Positions 1-11,893 of a DNA stretch of 64,000 nt are shown here, in pieces. The DNA lies in NCBI RefSeq assembly GCF_902713615.1, contig NC_052164.1:77475830-77539829 (forward strand), given 5' to 3'. The stretch's first letter is position 1. Every line of letters starts with the position of its first letter. This DNA comes from Scyliorhinus canicula. Taxonomy: Eukaryota. The position numbers and the translations under genes are program-made. The notes below the pieces were generated by a model, which saw only the letters and a program-made list of their open reading frames with translations, was not told the origin of the DNA and ran no database searches.

Positions 1-175
1 TCCAGAGGATGCCTGCCAAGGTCATCACAATCAACAGGGCCTTGCAAACAGGAGGCTGCCTCCACCTCTGCTGTGGGTGTTGCACTAACACATTGCGGCA
101 GGGTTAGAAAGATTATGAAACACTAATCGCACAGTGTGGGCTCAGGTGTTAAGCACCTTTTAAAAATTAACTTAC

Positions 176-1798
176 AGGATCAGGGTGTCACTGGCTAGAC
201 CAGCATTTATTGCCCATCCCTAGTTGTCCTTCAAAAGGTGATGGTGAACTGTCTTCTTGAACCGCTGCAGTCCAGGTGATGTAGGTACTCCCACAGTGCT
301 GTTCGAGAGGAAATTCCAGGATTCTGACAAAGCGACAGTGAAGGAATGGTGATATATTTCCAAATTAGGATGTTGAATGGCTTGCAGGGAACCTCCAGGT
401 GGTGGTGTTCCCAGGTATCTGCTGCTCTTGTCCTTCTAGATGGCAGTGGTCATGGATTTGGCAGGTGCTATCTAAGGAACCTTATACATAATGCTCATCT
501 CTGTAAATAAACTCTCCCTGATACACACTTTCTATGGCTCCTTGTTCCGATGAGCATTGCTGTGAGTTCAACCTGAAAACTGGATTCCTGTACCAGAAAA
601 AGACAAGGTGCTCTGTCTAGGAGTTCCTCCATGTGCTTTGTGAAAGGTTTCCAGCATATTGGTGAGTTCCTTCACAACGATTGATCGTATCAATCATACC
701 TATTTTTTTGTAGGGAATGAGGATGTCTCCCACAGTATACAGGGCTGTTAACACTCAATCCAGTCATTAACCATGTGTGCTCTCTGCGCCTTTGTAGATG
801 CAGCTGCTCCCTCAACCCATCTGCCGCAGTCTCTGGTGACAGTAAACCTCAAGGATTCAGCTTATGAAGGATGAAGCTACTTATTGCAGATGGTCATTGC
901 CTGGCATTTGTGTGGTGCAAATGTTACTTACCACTTGTCACCTCAAGCCTGGATATTGTCCAGGCTTTGCAGCATTTGCACATGGACTCCTTCAGTGTCA
1001 GAGGAGTCACAAATGGTGCTGAACATTGTGAAATCATCAGCTGATATCCTCACATCTGGCCTTATGTTGGAAGAAACGTGAAAGATGGAGCAGCTGAAGG
1101 TGGTTGGGCCTACGACACTGTTCTGAGGAACTCCTGCAGTGTTGTCCTGGGTCTGAGATGACTGACCTCAAATCACCACAACCATTGTCCTTTGTGCTAG
1201 ATATGACTTCAACCAGTGGAGAGTTATGCCCGATTCCCATTGATTCCATTTTTGCTGCGGCTCCTTGATGCCATACAAGATCAAATGCTGCCTTGATGTC
1301 AAGGATAGTCACTCTCACCTCACCTCTGGAGTTCAGCTGTTTTGTCCATGTTTGAGCCAAGGCTGGAATGAGGTCAGGAGCTGCGTGGCCCTGGCGGAAT
1401 CCAAACCGAGCATCAATGAGCTGGTTATTGCTAAGTAAGTGCTGCTTAAATAGCACTGTTGATGATCCTGTCCATCACTTTACTGATGATTGAAAGTAGA
1501 ATGATAGGGCAGTAATTGGCAGGGTTGGATTTGCCCAGCTTTTTGTGTGCAGGACAAACCCGGACAATGTTACACATTGCCTGGTAGATGCCAGTATTGT
1601 AGCTGTACTGAAACAGCTTGGCTGGGGGCATGGCAAGTTCTAGAGCACATATCTTCAGTGCTATTGCCGGAATATTGTCAGGGCCTACAACCTTTGCCGT
1701 ATCCAGTGCCTTCAGCCATTTCTTGATATCATGTGGGGTAAATCGAAATGGCTGAAGACTGGCGTCTGTGATGTTGGGGACCTCTGGAGGATACCCCA
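176..1798 (-). mobile_element. Decayed CR1/L2-group LINE (RT region and 3' end, in pieces)
   Basis: Minus-strand ORFs contain LDTAKVVGPDNIP, NYCPIILLSIISKVMD, FGFRQGHAAPDL and LDIKAAFDLVWHQG (RT motifs). The 3'-end sequence at 176-480 recurs at 22697 and 46680. Confidence 0.8.
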
Positions 1799-1974
1799 AA
1801 TGAGATTCCTGATAGTGAATGGCGGGACACGCGGCCCGCCGCTAACTGGGCGGGGGGGGGATGTACACGGCAAGCTTTCATGCCGACATAAAATGTGACT
1901 TTGTCCTTCTTACGGTATCCCCTCACCACATTGCTGAACCCACCCGACTGGATAGGTGGGGTTGTTTTCTTTGG

Positions 1975-2300
1975 AGCTGAGAACAAGGCTGAGGGGGACC
2001 CGATTGAGGTTTATAAAATTCTGAGGGACATACATAGGGTGGATAGGAAGAAACATTTCCCATTGGCAGAGGGACCAATAACCAAGGGGGCATGGATTTA
2101 AAGTACTGGGCAGGAGGATTGTAGGAGAAGTGAGGAAAAGGGTGATAGAGGCGGGAACCCTCACAACATTTTAGAAGTATTTAGATGATGACCTGAAATG
2201 CCGTAGCATAAATAACTCCAGGCGTAGTGCTGGAAAATGGGATGACAATAAATAGGTGTTTGATGGCTGGTGCAGACACAATGGGCTGAAGGGCCCCTTT
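1975..2300 (+). mobile_element. CR1 LINE 3' fragment
   Basis: EGDPIEVYKILRDIHRVDRKKHFPLAEGPITKG resembles the CR1 ORF2 C-terminal RGDLIEVYKI...TRGH motif. Confidence 0.75.
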
Positions 2301-2910
2301 CCATGTTATAAAAGCTCTACTAATGGGAATGGAGAATGCCGGCCAAAGTCATCCAGAGTTCGACCTATTTTTGACCAATCCTTCAAAGTTGATTCCAAAA
2401 AGGTTTAATTTTATTGTGGCCGATTAATACAGCAAACAGCTGCTCAACCACCCCGGCTTGTCGTACAGTTAAAGTCATAAAATAATGAAGTGTAGCTTTT
2501 CACTAACAGCAGCTCAAAGTATCCCAGCTGCCTTGCCAACCCATTATTTCACTAAAAGAAATTCCAAACTAAATCATTTAATTCAAAATGAGATTAACCA
2601 CAAAATTCATTGATGTTACAAACCTGAAAAATTAGTAGCATTATCAAAATCGTAGATAAGAAATGTCTTCACAGTTCTGAAACTACTTCATATTGATCAA
2701 GGTTCAAGTGTGAAATCTGAAAGAGCCCCTATTAAAATTTGGGCCTATGTCAAGCAAGCAAGGCAGTGTGAGAGCTCCCATACTATCTATCTAACGGTGA
2801 TTGTTCAACTATCAAAGATCAACTGCCCTCTAGTGTGAGTATTAAGTACTGCCTAGATGGAAAACTCTTGAATCGCAGTCACCTTTTTTGCCAAACGTAA
2901 GCTGAACACT

Positions 2911-3255
2911 TAGAGAATTTACAGTGCAGAAGGAAGCCTTTTGGCCCATCGGGTCTGCACCGTCTCTTGGAAAGAGCACCCTACCCAAGCCCACACCCCC
3001 ACCCTATCCCCATAACCCAGTAACCCCACCCAGCACTAAGTGCCATTTTGGACACTAAGGGCAATTTAGCATGGCCAATCCACCTAACCTGCACATCTTT
3101 GGACTGTGGGAGGAAACCGGAGCACCCGGAGGAAACCCACGCACACTCGGGGAGAACGTGCATACTCCACACAGACAGTGACCCAGTCGGGAATCGAATC
3201 TGGGACCCTGGAGCTGTGAAGCAATTTTGCTAACCACTGTGCTACCGTGCTGCCC
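2911..3255 (-). mobile_element. tRNA-derived V-domain SINE (HE1-like)
   Basis: On the minus strand: head GGGCAGCACGGTAGCACAGTGGTTAGC, central TCCCACAGTCCAAAGATGTGCAGGTTAGGTGGATTGGCCATGCTAAATTGCCC core, tail CTTCTGCACTGTAAATTCT. Many copies occur in the window. Confidence 0.85.
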
Positions 3256-3365
3256 TATAGACACACAGTGATCTAAAGATTGTGAATGACTGCAGTGTCA
3301 TTGCCCACTTGGCAACAGATTTGCAAGCCTTTCTTGATCTCTTCAATTCTGCATTAAAGAGACAA

Positions 3366-3696
3366 GGGACAGGATTCTCTAGTCTGCCAGCTGTGTTTAC
3401 AAGCGCAGCGCGCCCTCGCCGGTAACGGAACCTCCAGTCCAGCAGCCGGCCAATGGAATTAGATCAATGCCGTCGGGACTTCGGCCGGTTGGGGGCGGGG
3501 ACAGAGACTAGCTGGGCAGACCTCTGGCAATGGCCGCAGGTGGGTGACATACTGTGCGGTGTACTTCCCGGTACAACGCTTTTCGGGGGCCGGAGAATCG
3601 AGGAACCGGCGCATGTCCCGATTCCATGCATGGAAATGGATTCTCCACCCTGGCACCGGACGTGATTTCGGTATCGGGGTGCAGAGACTCCAGCCC
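3366..3696. mobile_element. Harbinger-type MITE
   Basis: Degenerate termini GGGACAGGATTCTC ... GAGACTCCAGCCC with a CpG-rich interior. Confidence 0.6.
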
Positions 3697-3759
3697 CATG
3701 TTTTTGGAAGAAGAGACTCTGGAATATGTTCAGCACTTCCTACATGCAGGAAGAGGCCA

Positions 3760-4735
3760 GGGTGACACGGTAGAGCAATGGGTATGCAGCCATCTAAGAT
3801 GGCCACCTGCAAAGGACCATGGGAATTATGGCCAACCCAGGACTCAGACACATACAGAGCCTATGTGTATCTGAAACACAGGTAACCAGGCCTGATCAAA
3901 AACCCCGCTCGTTTGCATTTTAATGGCCCATTTTCCCAGGACAATAGAACTCCAATCAAGCAACCGGTACAGCCACAGACTGATCGACGCCACTCCCTTT
4001 ACTCAGAAAGCCCAACTGCCAAGGTCAATGACCGCTAAGGACCCACCCAGCTACCAAGGCATCTGCCCCTTTATTGGCCAAAATCGAAGAGCGTGATCAG
4101 AGCCCTGTCGAACTATTGGGTCCAAGGTTAAGGACCGCCCCAAAGAGCGCAAAATCCCAGAGGGATAAAAGAGAGCACAGTCATGTGTTCTGTCTCTTTT
4201 GGATCCGGCCTGTGCCAACCTAATCGTAGCAGGAACAGCCAGCCAAGTTCAAGACCAACGATCGCTACCTGACGGATGAGCCCAGCAGAGACAGAGCCAC
4301 TTTCCTCGAACCCGCCAAATGAAATCCAGATAAAGGCCTTATCCATTTGCACAGTGCTGGTCGCCCTGAAGTTAAGTATAGGTTATTGTCGCTGATAAGT
4401 GTAGTTTAACTCGTAGTAGATATTGTGTTTGCTTGTCGAGATAACTCTTGTGTATGTAAATAAATCATCTTTTGAACGAACTAACTGGTTGTGTGATCAT
4501 TTGATCGATATAAGGGAAGGCTTGTGGTTCACCAACATTATTAATGGAGCAACAGTTAGCACTATTGCTCCATCGCGCCAAGGACGCGGGTTCAATCCCG
4601 GCCTTGTGTCACTTCCGTGTGAAGTTTGAACATTTTCCCCGTGTCTGCATGGGTCTCACCCCCACAACCCAAAGATATGGAAGATAGGTGGATTGGCCAT
4701 GTTAAATTGCCATTGAACTGGAAAAATAAAAAATA
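3760..4735 (+). mobile_element. V-SINE interrupted in its tRNA head by an LTR-like repeat
   Basis: GGGTGACACGGTAGAGCAATG (3760-3780) joins GTTAGCACTATTGCT (from 4555) to rebuild the SINE head. Confidence 0.75.
3781..4554 (+). repeat. LTR-like interspersed repeat, copy 1 (774 bp)
   Basis: Near-identical to 23236-24011. Contains a TATA-like GGGATAAAAG and an AATAAA, and ends in GAGCAACA. Confidence 0.75.
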
Positions 4736-4835
4736 AGAGGCCCTCCAGCTCATCGAGTCTACACCGACCGTTCCAAAGAAGACCATGCCTCGTCACAATC
4801 CCCCTACCCCATTCCCACCACCCCACCTAACCTTT

Positions 4836-5097
4836 GGTATGCAGCCATGTAAGATGGCCACCTGCAAAGTACCAGGGGAATTATGGCCAACCCAGGACTC
4901 AGACACATATAGAGCCTATGTGTATCTGAAACACAGGTAACCAGGCCTGATCAAAATCCCCACTCGTTTGCATTTTAATGGCCCATTTTCCCAGGACAAT
5001 AGAACTCCAATCAAGCAACCGGTACAGCCACAGACTGATCGGCGCCACTCCCCTTACTCAGAAAGCCCAACTGCCAAGGTCAATGACCGCTAAGGAC
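4836..5097 (+). repeat. 5' ~260-bp partial copy of the LTR-like repeat, inside a minus-strand SINE (about 4736-5287)
   Basis: Matches 3781-4042 almost base for base. The flanks CCTAACCTTT and TAAGAGGCAATTTAG are contiguous SINE sequence elsewhere. Confidence 0.75.
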
Positions 5098-5473
5098 TAA
5101 GAGGCAATTTAGTATGGCTAATTCACCTAACCTACATATCTTTGGACTGCGCAAGAAAACCAGAGGAAACATAGACACGGGGAGAACATACAAACTCGAC
5201 ACAGATAGTCACCCGAGGTCGGAATCAAACCCGGGTTCCTGGTGCTGTAAGGCAGCAGTGCTAACCACTGTGCCACCATGTCGCCCATACTTCATATACC
5301 ATGGCAGCCACTGGTCTCGCCATTGACAACAAGATGTAACACAGGATCAGCTGGGCCGTTCTACAAACAACGGCAGCGTGCGTTTGACAACAAAGATGTC
5401 CGCAAGCCAACAAAGTACTAGTGTACAGGACAATTGCTGTCACCACACTGTCCATGACTTCAGTGAGACCTGG

Positions 5474-6454
5474 TGTTAGGATACAGTTGTCAAACCTTTG
5501 TCAGCTCTTATTGTCCTTTCTAATTCCTGTCCTGTCTGCTTTTCATCTCCAATCTTCTTGCTAGCTGCTGCAAACAAAAAACACCCCTAGTAATCGACTA
5601 GCCCAGGACTTCCATTTTAGGTTCTGTGGCAGAGCCTGTGATGTCAGTTTGATAGACTTGGCAAGCAGCCAATCGGTGAAATTGAAATTCTGAGCCATCT
5701 CCTGTTGCTGCTTGCGATTGGTGGAAACAATCAGAATCTTCCAGAAGATTCAGGTCATGTGAAGAGCTCATTTTTGTCTTTAGTCAAAGACCCAACGGAA
5801 TGTGGGTCATACAGACCCATATCTCTGCTGAACGCAGACGCCAAAATACTGGCCAAAATCCTAGCCAAAAGGCTAGAAGACTGTGTACCTGAGGTGGTCA
5901 CAGAGGACCAGACGGGCTTCGTCAAAGGTAGACAGCTTACCTCAAACATCAGGCGCCTGCTGAACGTGATAATGACCCCCTCCGGGGAGAGAACACAAGA
6001 GGTGATCGTCTCCCTGGACGCAGAAAAGGCCTTTGACAGAGTCGAATGGAAATACCTCATAGAGGTACTGGAGCGATTCGGGCTTGGAACAGGGTTCACC
6101 GCTTGGGTAAAGCTCCTATACAATGCCCCCATGGCGAGTGTACGGACCAACAATACCAACTCCCAATACTTCCAGCTGCACAGGGGCACCAGACACGGAT
6201 GCCCACTGTCCCCACTGCTGTTCGCACTAGCAATCGAACCGCTAGCAATCGCGCTCAGGGCAGCAAAAAATTGGAGGGGGATCCGAAGGGGAGGCAGAGA
6301 GCACAGAGTCTCAATCTATGCAGATGATCTGCTCCTCTACATCTCGGACCCACAAAGCAGCATGGACGGAATCATTGCGCTCCTGAAAGAGTTTGGAGCC
6401 TTCTCGGGCTACAAACTCAACATGAGCGAAAGCGAGATCTTCCCAGTACACCTG

Positions 6455-6502
<48 letters not shown>

Positions 6503-9190
6503 CACTAAAGGGGCTGCCGTTCAAACAAGCCCGACACAAATTCCGCTACCTGGGGATCCAATTAGCCCATGACTGGAAAGGGATCCACAAATGGAACCTC
6601 GGAGGAAGCAAAAAAGGACCTGCAAAGATGGAACACACTCCCACTCTCCCTCGCGGGGAGAGCCCAGACGATCAAAATGAACGTACTGCCCAGGTTCCTC
6701 TTCCTGTTTAGATCCATTCCGATCTACATCCCCAAGGCCTTTTTCAAAGTGCTGGACAAACTTATCATGGCGTTCGTATGGGGGGGGTAAAAATGCTAGG
6801 ATCCCAAAGAAGGTCCTACAAGGAACAAAATCCAGGGGGGGGCTAGCCCTCCCGAATCTACAACTCTACCACTGGGCGGCAACAACCGAGCGAGTAAGGG
6901 GATGGATCCAGGAGCCAGAAGCCGAGTGGGTGCGTGCGGAGGAGGCCTCCTGCATGGGGACCTCCCTCCGGGCCCTCGCCACGGCAGCACTTCCATCTCC
7001 ACCCAAAAAACACTCCAGCAGCCCAGTGGTGACAGCCACCCTCCAATCCTGGAACCAACTGCGGCAGCAATTTGGCCTGACCAAAATGTCGGACAAGGCT
7101 CCCATCTGCAACAACCATAGGTTCACACCAGCACTGACTGACGCCACCTTCAAAAGGTGGAGGCAGGACGGGGGGACACTGACAGTCAGGGACCTATACA
7201 CGGACGACAGGATCGCAACACTGGACGAACTGGGGGGGAACGAGCTACGGTACCTGCAGCTCAAGGGCTTCCTACGAGGGGAGACAGGGACGTACCCACG
7301 GCCGCCACGACGGACACTACTGGAAGACCTACTGGACGCAAGTATCCTAGAGAAAGGGAACTGTAGCGACATGTATGACCGACTGGTAGAAAGGGACGAC
7401 ACCGTACTGGACGCAACAAGAATGAAATGGGAGGACGACCTGGGGATTGAGATAGGGTGGGGACTCTGGAGCGAAGCACTGCATAGGGTCAACTCCACCT
7501 CCACGTGCGCAAGGCTCAGCCTGACGCAACTAAAAGTGGTACATAGAGCCCACTTAACGAGAAACCGTATGAGTAGGTTCTTCCCGGAGGTGGAGGACAG
7601 AGGTGCCAAAGAGGCCCGGCCAACCACGCCCACATGTTCTGGTCTTGCCCCAGACTTGTGGAGTACTGGACAGCCTTCTTCGAGGCTATGTCCAAAGTGG
7701 TAGGGGTGAGGGTGGAGCCATGCCCGAGAGTGGCGGTCTTCGGGGTTTCAGACCAGCCAGATCTATTCCTGGGGAGGGCGGACGCCCTTGCCTTTGCCTC
7801 CCTGATCGCCCGCCGTAGAATCCTGTTTGGCTGCCGGTCAGCAGCACCGCCCAGAGCTGCAGACTGGCTGTCCGACCTCTCGGAATCTCTCCAAATGGAG
7901 AAAATCAAATTCGCCATCCGAGGGTCAGACAACGGCTTCCACAGAACGTGGGAGCCATTCATGCAATTGTTCCGGGACCTGTTTGTGGCCAACGTACAAG
8001 GGGAAGAATAGCCGGGTGGCCAAGACTCGGGAAAGTGGACGGGAATCGGGGTAAGGTAGCGGGGGGGGGCTGCGGGTTCGTTATGGGGGTTTGATGGCTA
8101 GCTAAGGCCCAAAACCAAACTGTAAATAAATGCCTATAAACATGTGCCTCGGCCATATTGGGGAATGTAAAATATGTATGCCGGCTAAAGGGGGCGGCCA
8201 CAGTTGTTATTATGAAGATGCTTACCTGTAAATAGACATGTTAATTTTTGCGTTTTTTTTCTCTCTAAAATAATTTGTAATTTGTTGGATATAAAATATG
8301 AAAACTCAATAAAAAACATTTATTAAAAAAACATTTTTTGTCTTTAGTTCTGTGAGGACATTCAGCCAGGAAGCAACTAGAAGACACTCTATCTCTGCTC
8401 TCTCTCTCTGCCAGATGATTTTAAAAATTCAGAGTCAGACCTGTGAAGGTACTTCTGTTTAAAAGACAGACAGCAGTCAAAACTGTGAAGGAACCTTCTG
8501 GAGTAAAAGATTGCAAACAGTCCCTCACCAGTTCTCTAATAACATAACCTTCTGTTTGAATGGCTGGGATGAACTCAAACTGAGAACTCTCTTTAGAATA
8601 CAGCCAGTGTTTCTGCACATAAGTCAGGTGAACGGAAAACCATGTAAAATTTTCAGGAATACCTCAGGGAGACAAAGGCTCCATCTGGTGGTTGGGGGTC
8701 AGAGTTGCACCGACCTGGATCTCCTGTGTAAAGCTCCATCTTGTGGTCAAATATCGGAATCACACCAACCTGAATCACTTGTATAAATCAATTTCCCAGA
8801 GGGTTGCATTCGGAGAAGTCAGGCGCCTGCAGAGGCCACAACAACAGCAGCAAAGATTAATTTCAAACCTTTTCCTTCAATTCCCATTGTTTTAGTTCTT
8901 CCCCTCTCCGTGCCATGTGTCTGTCTTGTGCGTGTGTCAGAGTGGAGGGTGGGACGTGTTTTTGGGAATAGGTGGACTGGTAGACCATTGTTCCATTATT
9001 TCCTTTACTCTTGCCATAAATAAACAATGTGTTCATGTTTTATTTATAAATCTGGTGCCAGTAACTCATTGGAGCAGTCAGGGCTTAAAGGTCGCAGGAA
9101 AACACTAATTATTGGTGACTTCACTTATGTAGGGACCCTGGGATCTGTGGAGCTGGAACTGACCTCGCACTCGCCCAGGGTGTCATAACA
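5474..9190 (+). mobile_element. Solo LTR (about 1.15 kb) with 4-bp TSD, interrupted by an L1
   Basis: Begins TGTTAGG and ends CATAACA, flanked by CTGG at 5470-5473 and 9191-9194. AATAAA near 9017. Confidence 0.7.
5785..8331 (+). mobile_element. 5'-truncated L1-clade LINE (ORF2 RT and C-terminus, frameshifted)
   Basis: SYRPISLLNADAKIL, SLDAEKAFDRVEW, RGTRHGCPLSPLLF and IYADDLLLY motifs. A-rich tail with AATAAA. TSD CATTTTT(T)GTCTTTAGT at 5769-5784 and 8332-8348. Confidence 0.92.
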
Positions 9191-11063
9191 CTGGACTGTG
9201 TGTCAGTGACTGGAGAAATTCCACTCGCAATGCCTCTGACACACCTTCAGTATTCAATGGGAGAACTGTTGAACAAATGCCAGTGTCCCTCTTGAAGCCA
9301 GCTCCATAAGCTTCCAAGCAAAACTCTTGTACAATTAACTGAGCATTGCATATGGTTGGCTGAAAAGTGTCAGTTTATCAACTCGCCAAAGGCCAGCATT
9401 CCAGGGTGGGGAAATAAAACACTGCATAGGCATTCTAAAACTCTTCTGGAAGTGTGGCAGCATTGACAGTAATGACTGAGAGGAGCTTGCTGCCAATTGT
9501 TCAAAATGGCAACAACGTGCCCATCAAGCCGGATCATGCTCTGAGTCACAACACCTTAATGATGAGGGAGAGCGTTGGCAGATGAGGAAAGAAAAGGAGG
9601 CAAACCCGGCATTTCTGGGCATTCCTGCCCCATTCGCCCAACGATCTACAAGTTGCAAATCATGTGAGCACCCATAGCAGAAACTTGCAACTCTGAGTAG
9701 ATGTCCTCGAATTGATGAACATCTATCCAAGGCACCTACTCCAGTTACATTTTGAATCAGTGATGATCCCCAAGATGTTGATGGTGAGTGATTTAGGGAT
9801 GGATTGCTGCAAAAGTCAGGATGAGGTGGTTGGGCCTCATGTTGATAGAGATGGGCATTATCTAGCAATGCAATAGCGCAAATGTTATGTGCCAATCGTC
9901 AGCCCGAGCTATCTAAATTTTCCTCCAGGTAGGAATGGGTTACATCATCGTCAGTGAGGCGTGGGAGTTATTATAATTTTTAAAGAATAAGAAAAAGTTG
10001 TGATCGCGGGGACCCATTTTGCCACTTTGTTTTTTGGCCAATGCCCAACATGGTAGGTAATAGCTCCAATCAAAAAAAGTGAATTCACAGCATTTTCTGC
10101 TGATCAGTTTGTTCTTTCAATCTTGAGTTAAAATTCTTTGTGAGTTTTGTTTATTCTTTGACAGGATGTGGGCCTCACTGACTGAGCCAATATTTATAGC
10201 CCACTCCGAATAGAAGGTGGTGTTGAGCCACTTTCTTGAACCACTGCAGTTCTTGTGGTATACATTGCTGTTGGGAAGGGCATTCCGGGATTTTTTGTTG
10301 TTATTGTCACCGCCAGGCTTATAAGTGGTTTTGTTTAGCTGTCCTTGCTGACTTCATTGAGCTGCTCCAGTTGTTGCCTGCTGGAGGAGTGAAATAAATG
10401 AGAATGCTGCAAATCCTGGAATGATCAAAACTGCTCTTGTTTCTGTCTAGTCCATAGCGGCTGTTTTGACTGCGCAGAACCTTAACAGCACTCCCGTCAG
10501 TCAACCAGGAGAATAAGACTGCAACGCAATTAATGTTCCCTGAATGGCTTAATGAGACAATGGCTGAGCTATGTGATCTCACCACACCCCAGGCAAATTC
10601 AACACAAGCCTTGCTCTACTTATGATTCATAAAGCAGCCAATATCATCACCCTGAATTATCATATCTAAGGGTTCTTCTCAGAGGTTTGACAGGTCTATC
10701 AGTGCACCATCTTAGTTGCAGCAGCAGAAATCTAAATTGGAGGGCCCTTTTGATAGTTTTTCAAGGGAGTGGGGCAATATTAATTCCACATCCATAACCG
10801 TTTGGCCTCCACCAGCATTCTACAGAAAATTAAAAGGGACATAAATCATTACGCAATGAGAGCACAGTGTCATATCGATCACCATCTTTATCAGTGCAAA
10901 GAGTCCTTGGAGCTTCCAGGAATCCTGCAGTTTGAAAGAACATTCAGGAGCAGTTCTGCGAAGATGTGAGGCTATTTGGATGGTTCCTGGAAGTTTCCGC
11001 CTCCCCTCCTCTGACTTGATGATTACCAATGGTCACTGTGCCATCTAATAAGTTCATCACAAT

Positions 11064-11220
11064 GGGGGCTGGTTTAGCTCACTTGGCTGGATGGCTGGTT
11101 CAGGATGTGGAATGATGGCAACAGTGCAAGTTCGATTCCTATACCGACTGAGGTTATTCGTGTTGGTTTTCTCAACCTTGCAGCAAAGACATGGCACCAC
11201 CATGCTAACTATTCTGTCAT
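11064..11220 (+). mobile_element. tRNA-derived SINE (second family; related copy at about 53465-53685)
   Basis: GGGGCTGGTTTAGCTCACTTGG...GTTCGATTCC pol III A/B-box-like head. Confidence 0.5.
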
Positions 11221-11893
11221 GCATTCTATATGATAATTAATAGACAGAGAGAACGAGTTAAATATTTTATTTTGCACTGACAGCTGTTACGATAATGGTC
11301 AAAGTGCATTCTGAATATTTGAGAATGTAAGAGTTGTTGAATGCTGCACTTAAACAAATGCCAGATCTGTTGAGTGATCGAACTGCATCAGGCTGCAGGT
11401 AAATATAATTAATGATGTAAAAATCAGCCATGGAACACTTTGAATATCATGTTAATAACCTCACTAAATCCTGCACAAACTAAGTTCTGTTTCTTGCCTG
11501 TGCTGCCACCATCTGTACAAAACAATAACAGCTAATTCTCAAATTAGGTTTTCTTTCATGGTACAAAAGATATTCTCTTGCTAAGAACTGCATCCCTAAA
11601 AAAGTGTCTTTTGCTTCTCTCTCCAATATGACCATGGCATTTTCCACACTGAAACTGAGCAGAATATGAAATTTGATTAATTTCCATCTCAGAATGCCGG
11701 AGGATCGTGAATGCTGTTGCACAACATCTGGTTGTTAGAACAGGTGGCAGATGAGTGACCTCAAAAGCCGAGAGGGTTTTTTTAAAACTTAATTTATGTG
11801 CTGGAATCATCCTGGTGTTCTGGGAAATGGGTGAATGAGGAAATTTGCTCCTGGCGTGTATGTGCATGGAGGTGGATGGGTGTTAAACTCTGC

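Larger units (their letters stand above)
2720..3750 (+). mobile_element. RTE-clade LINE RT fragment, split by a SINE and a MITE
   Basis: The segment before the SINE reads VSIKYCLDGKLLNRSHLFAKRKL. After it, the frame continues ...DCSVIAHLATDLQAFLDLFNSA, typical of RTE/BovB RT around the YADD motif. Confidence 0.55.

Noticed and set aside
2911-3255. tRNA genes suggested by A/B-box-like heads
   Set aside because: Each head continues into the SINE core and tail, and there is no complete cloverleaf.
5705-5784. N-terminus of the 267-aa ORF as a real protein start
   Set aside because: It is LTR sequence upstream of the L1 5' truncation point and TSD; the read-through is fortuitous.
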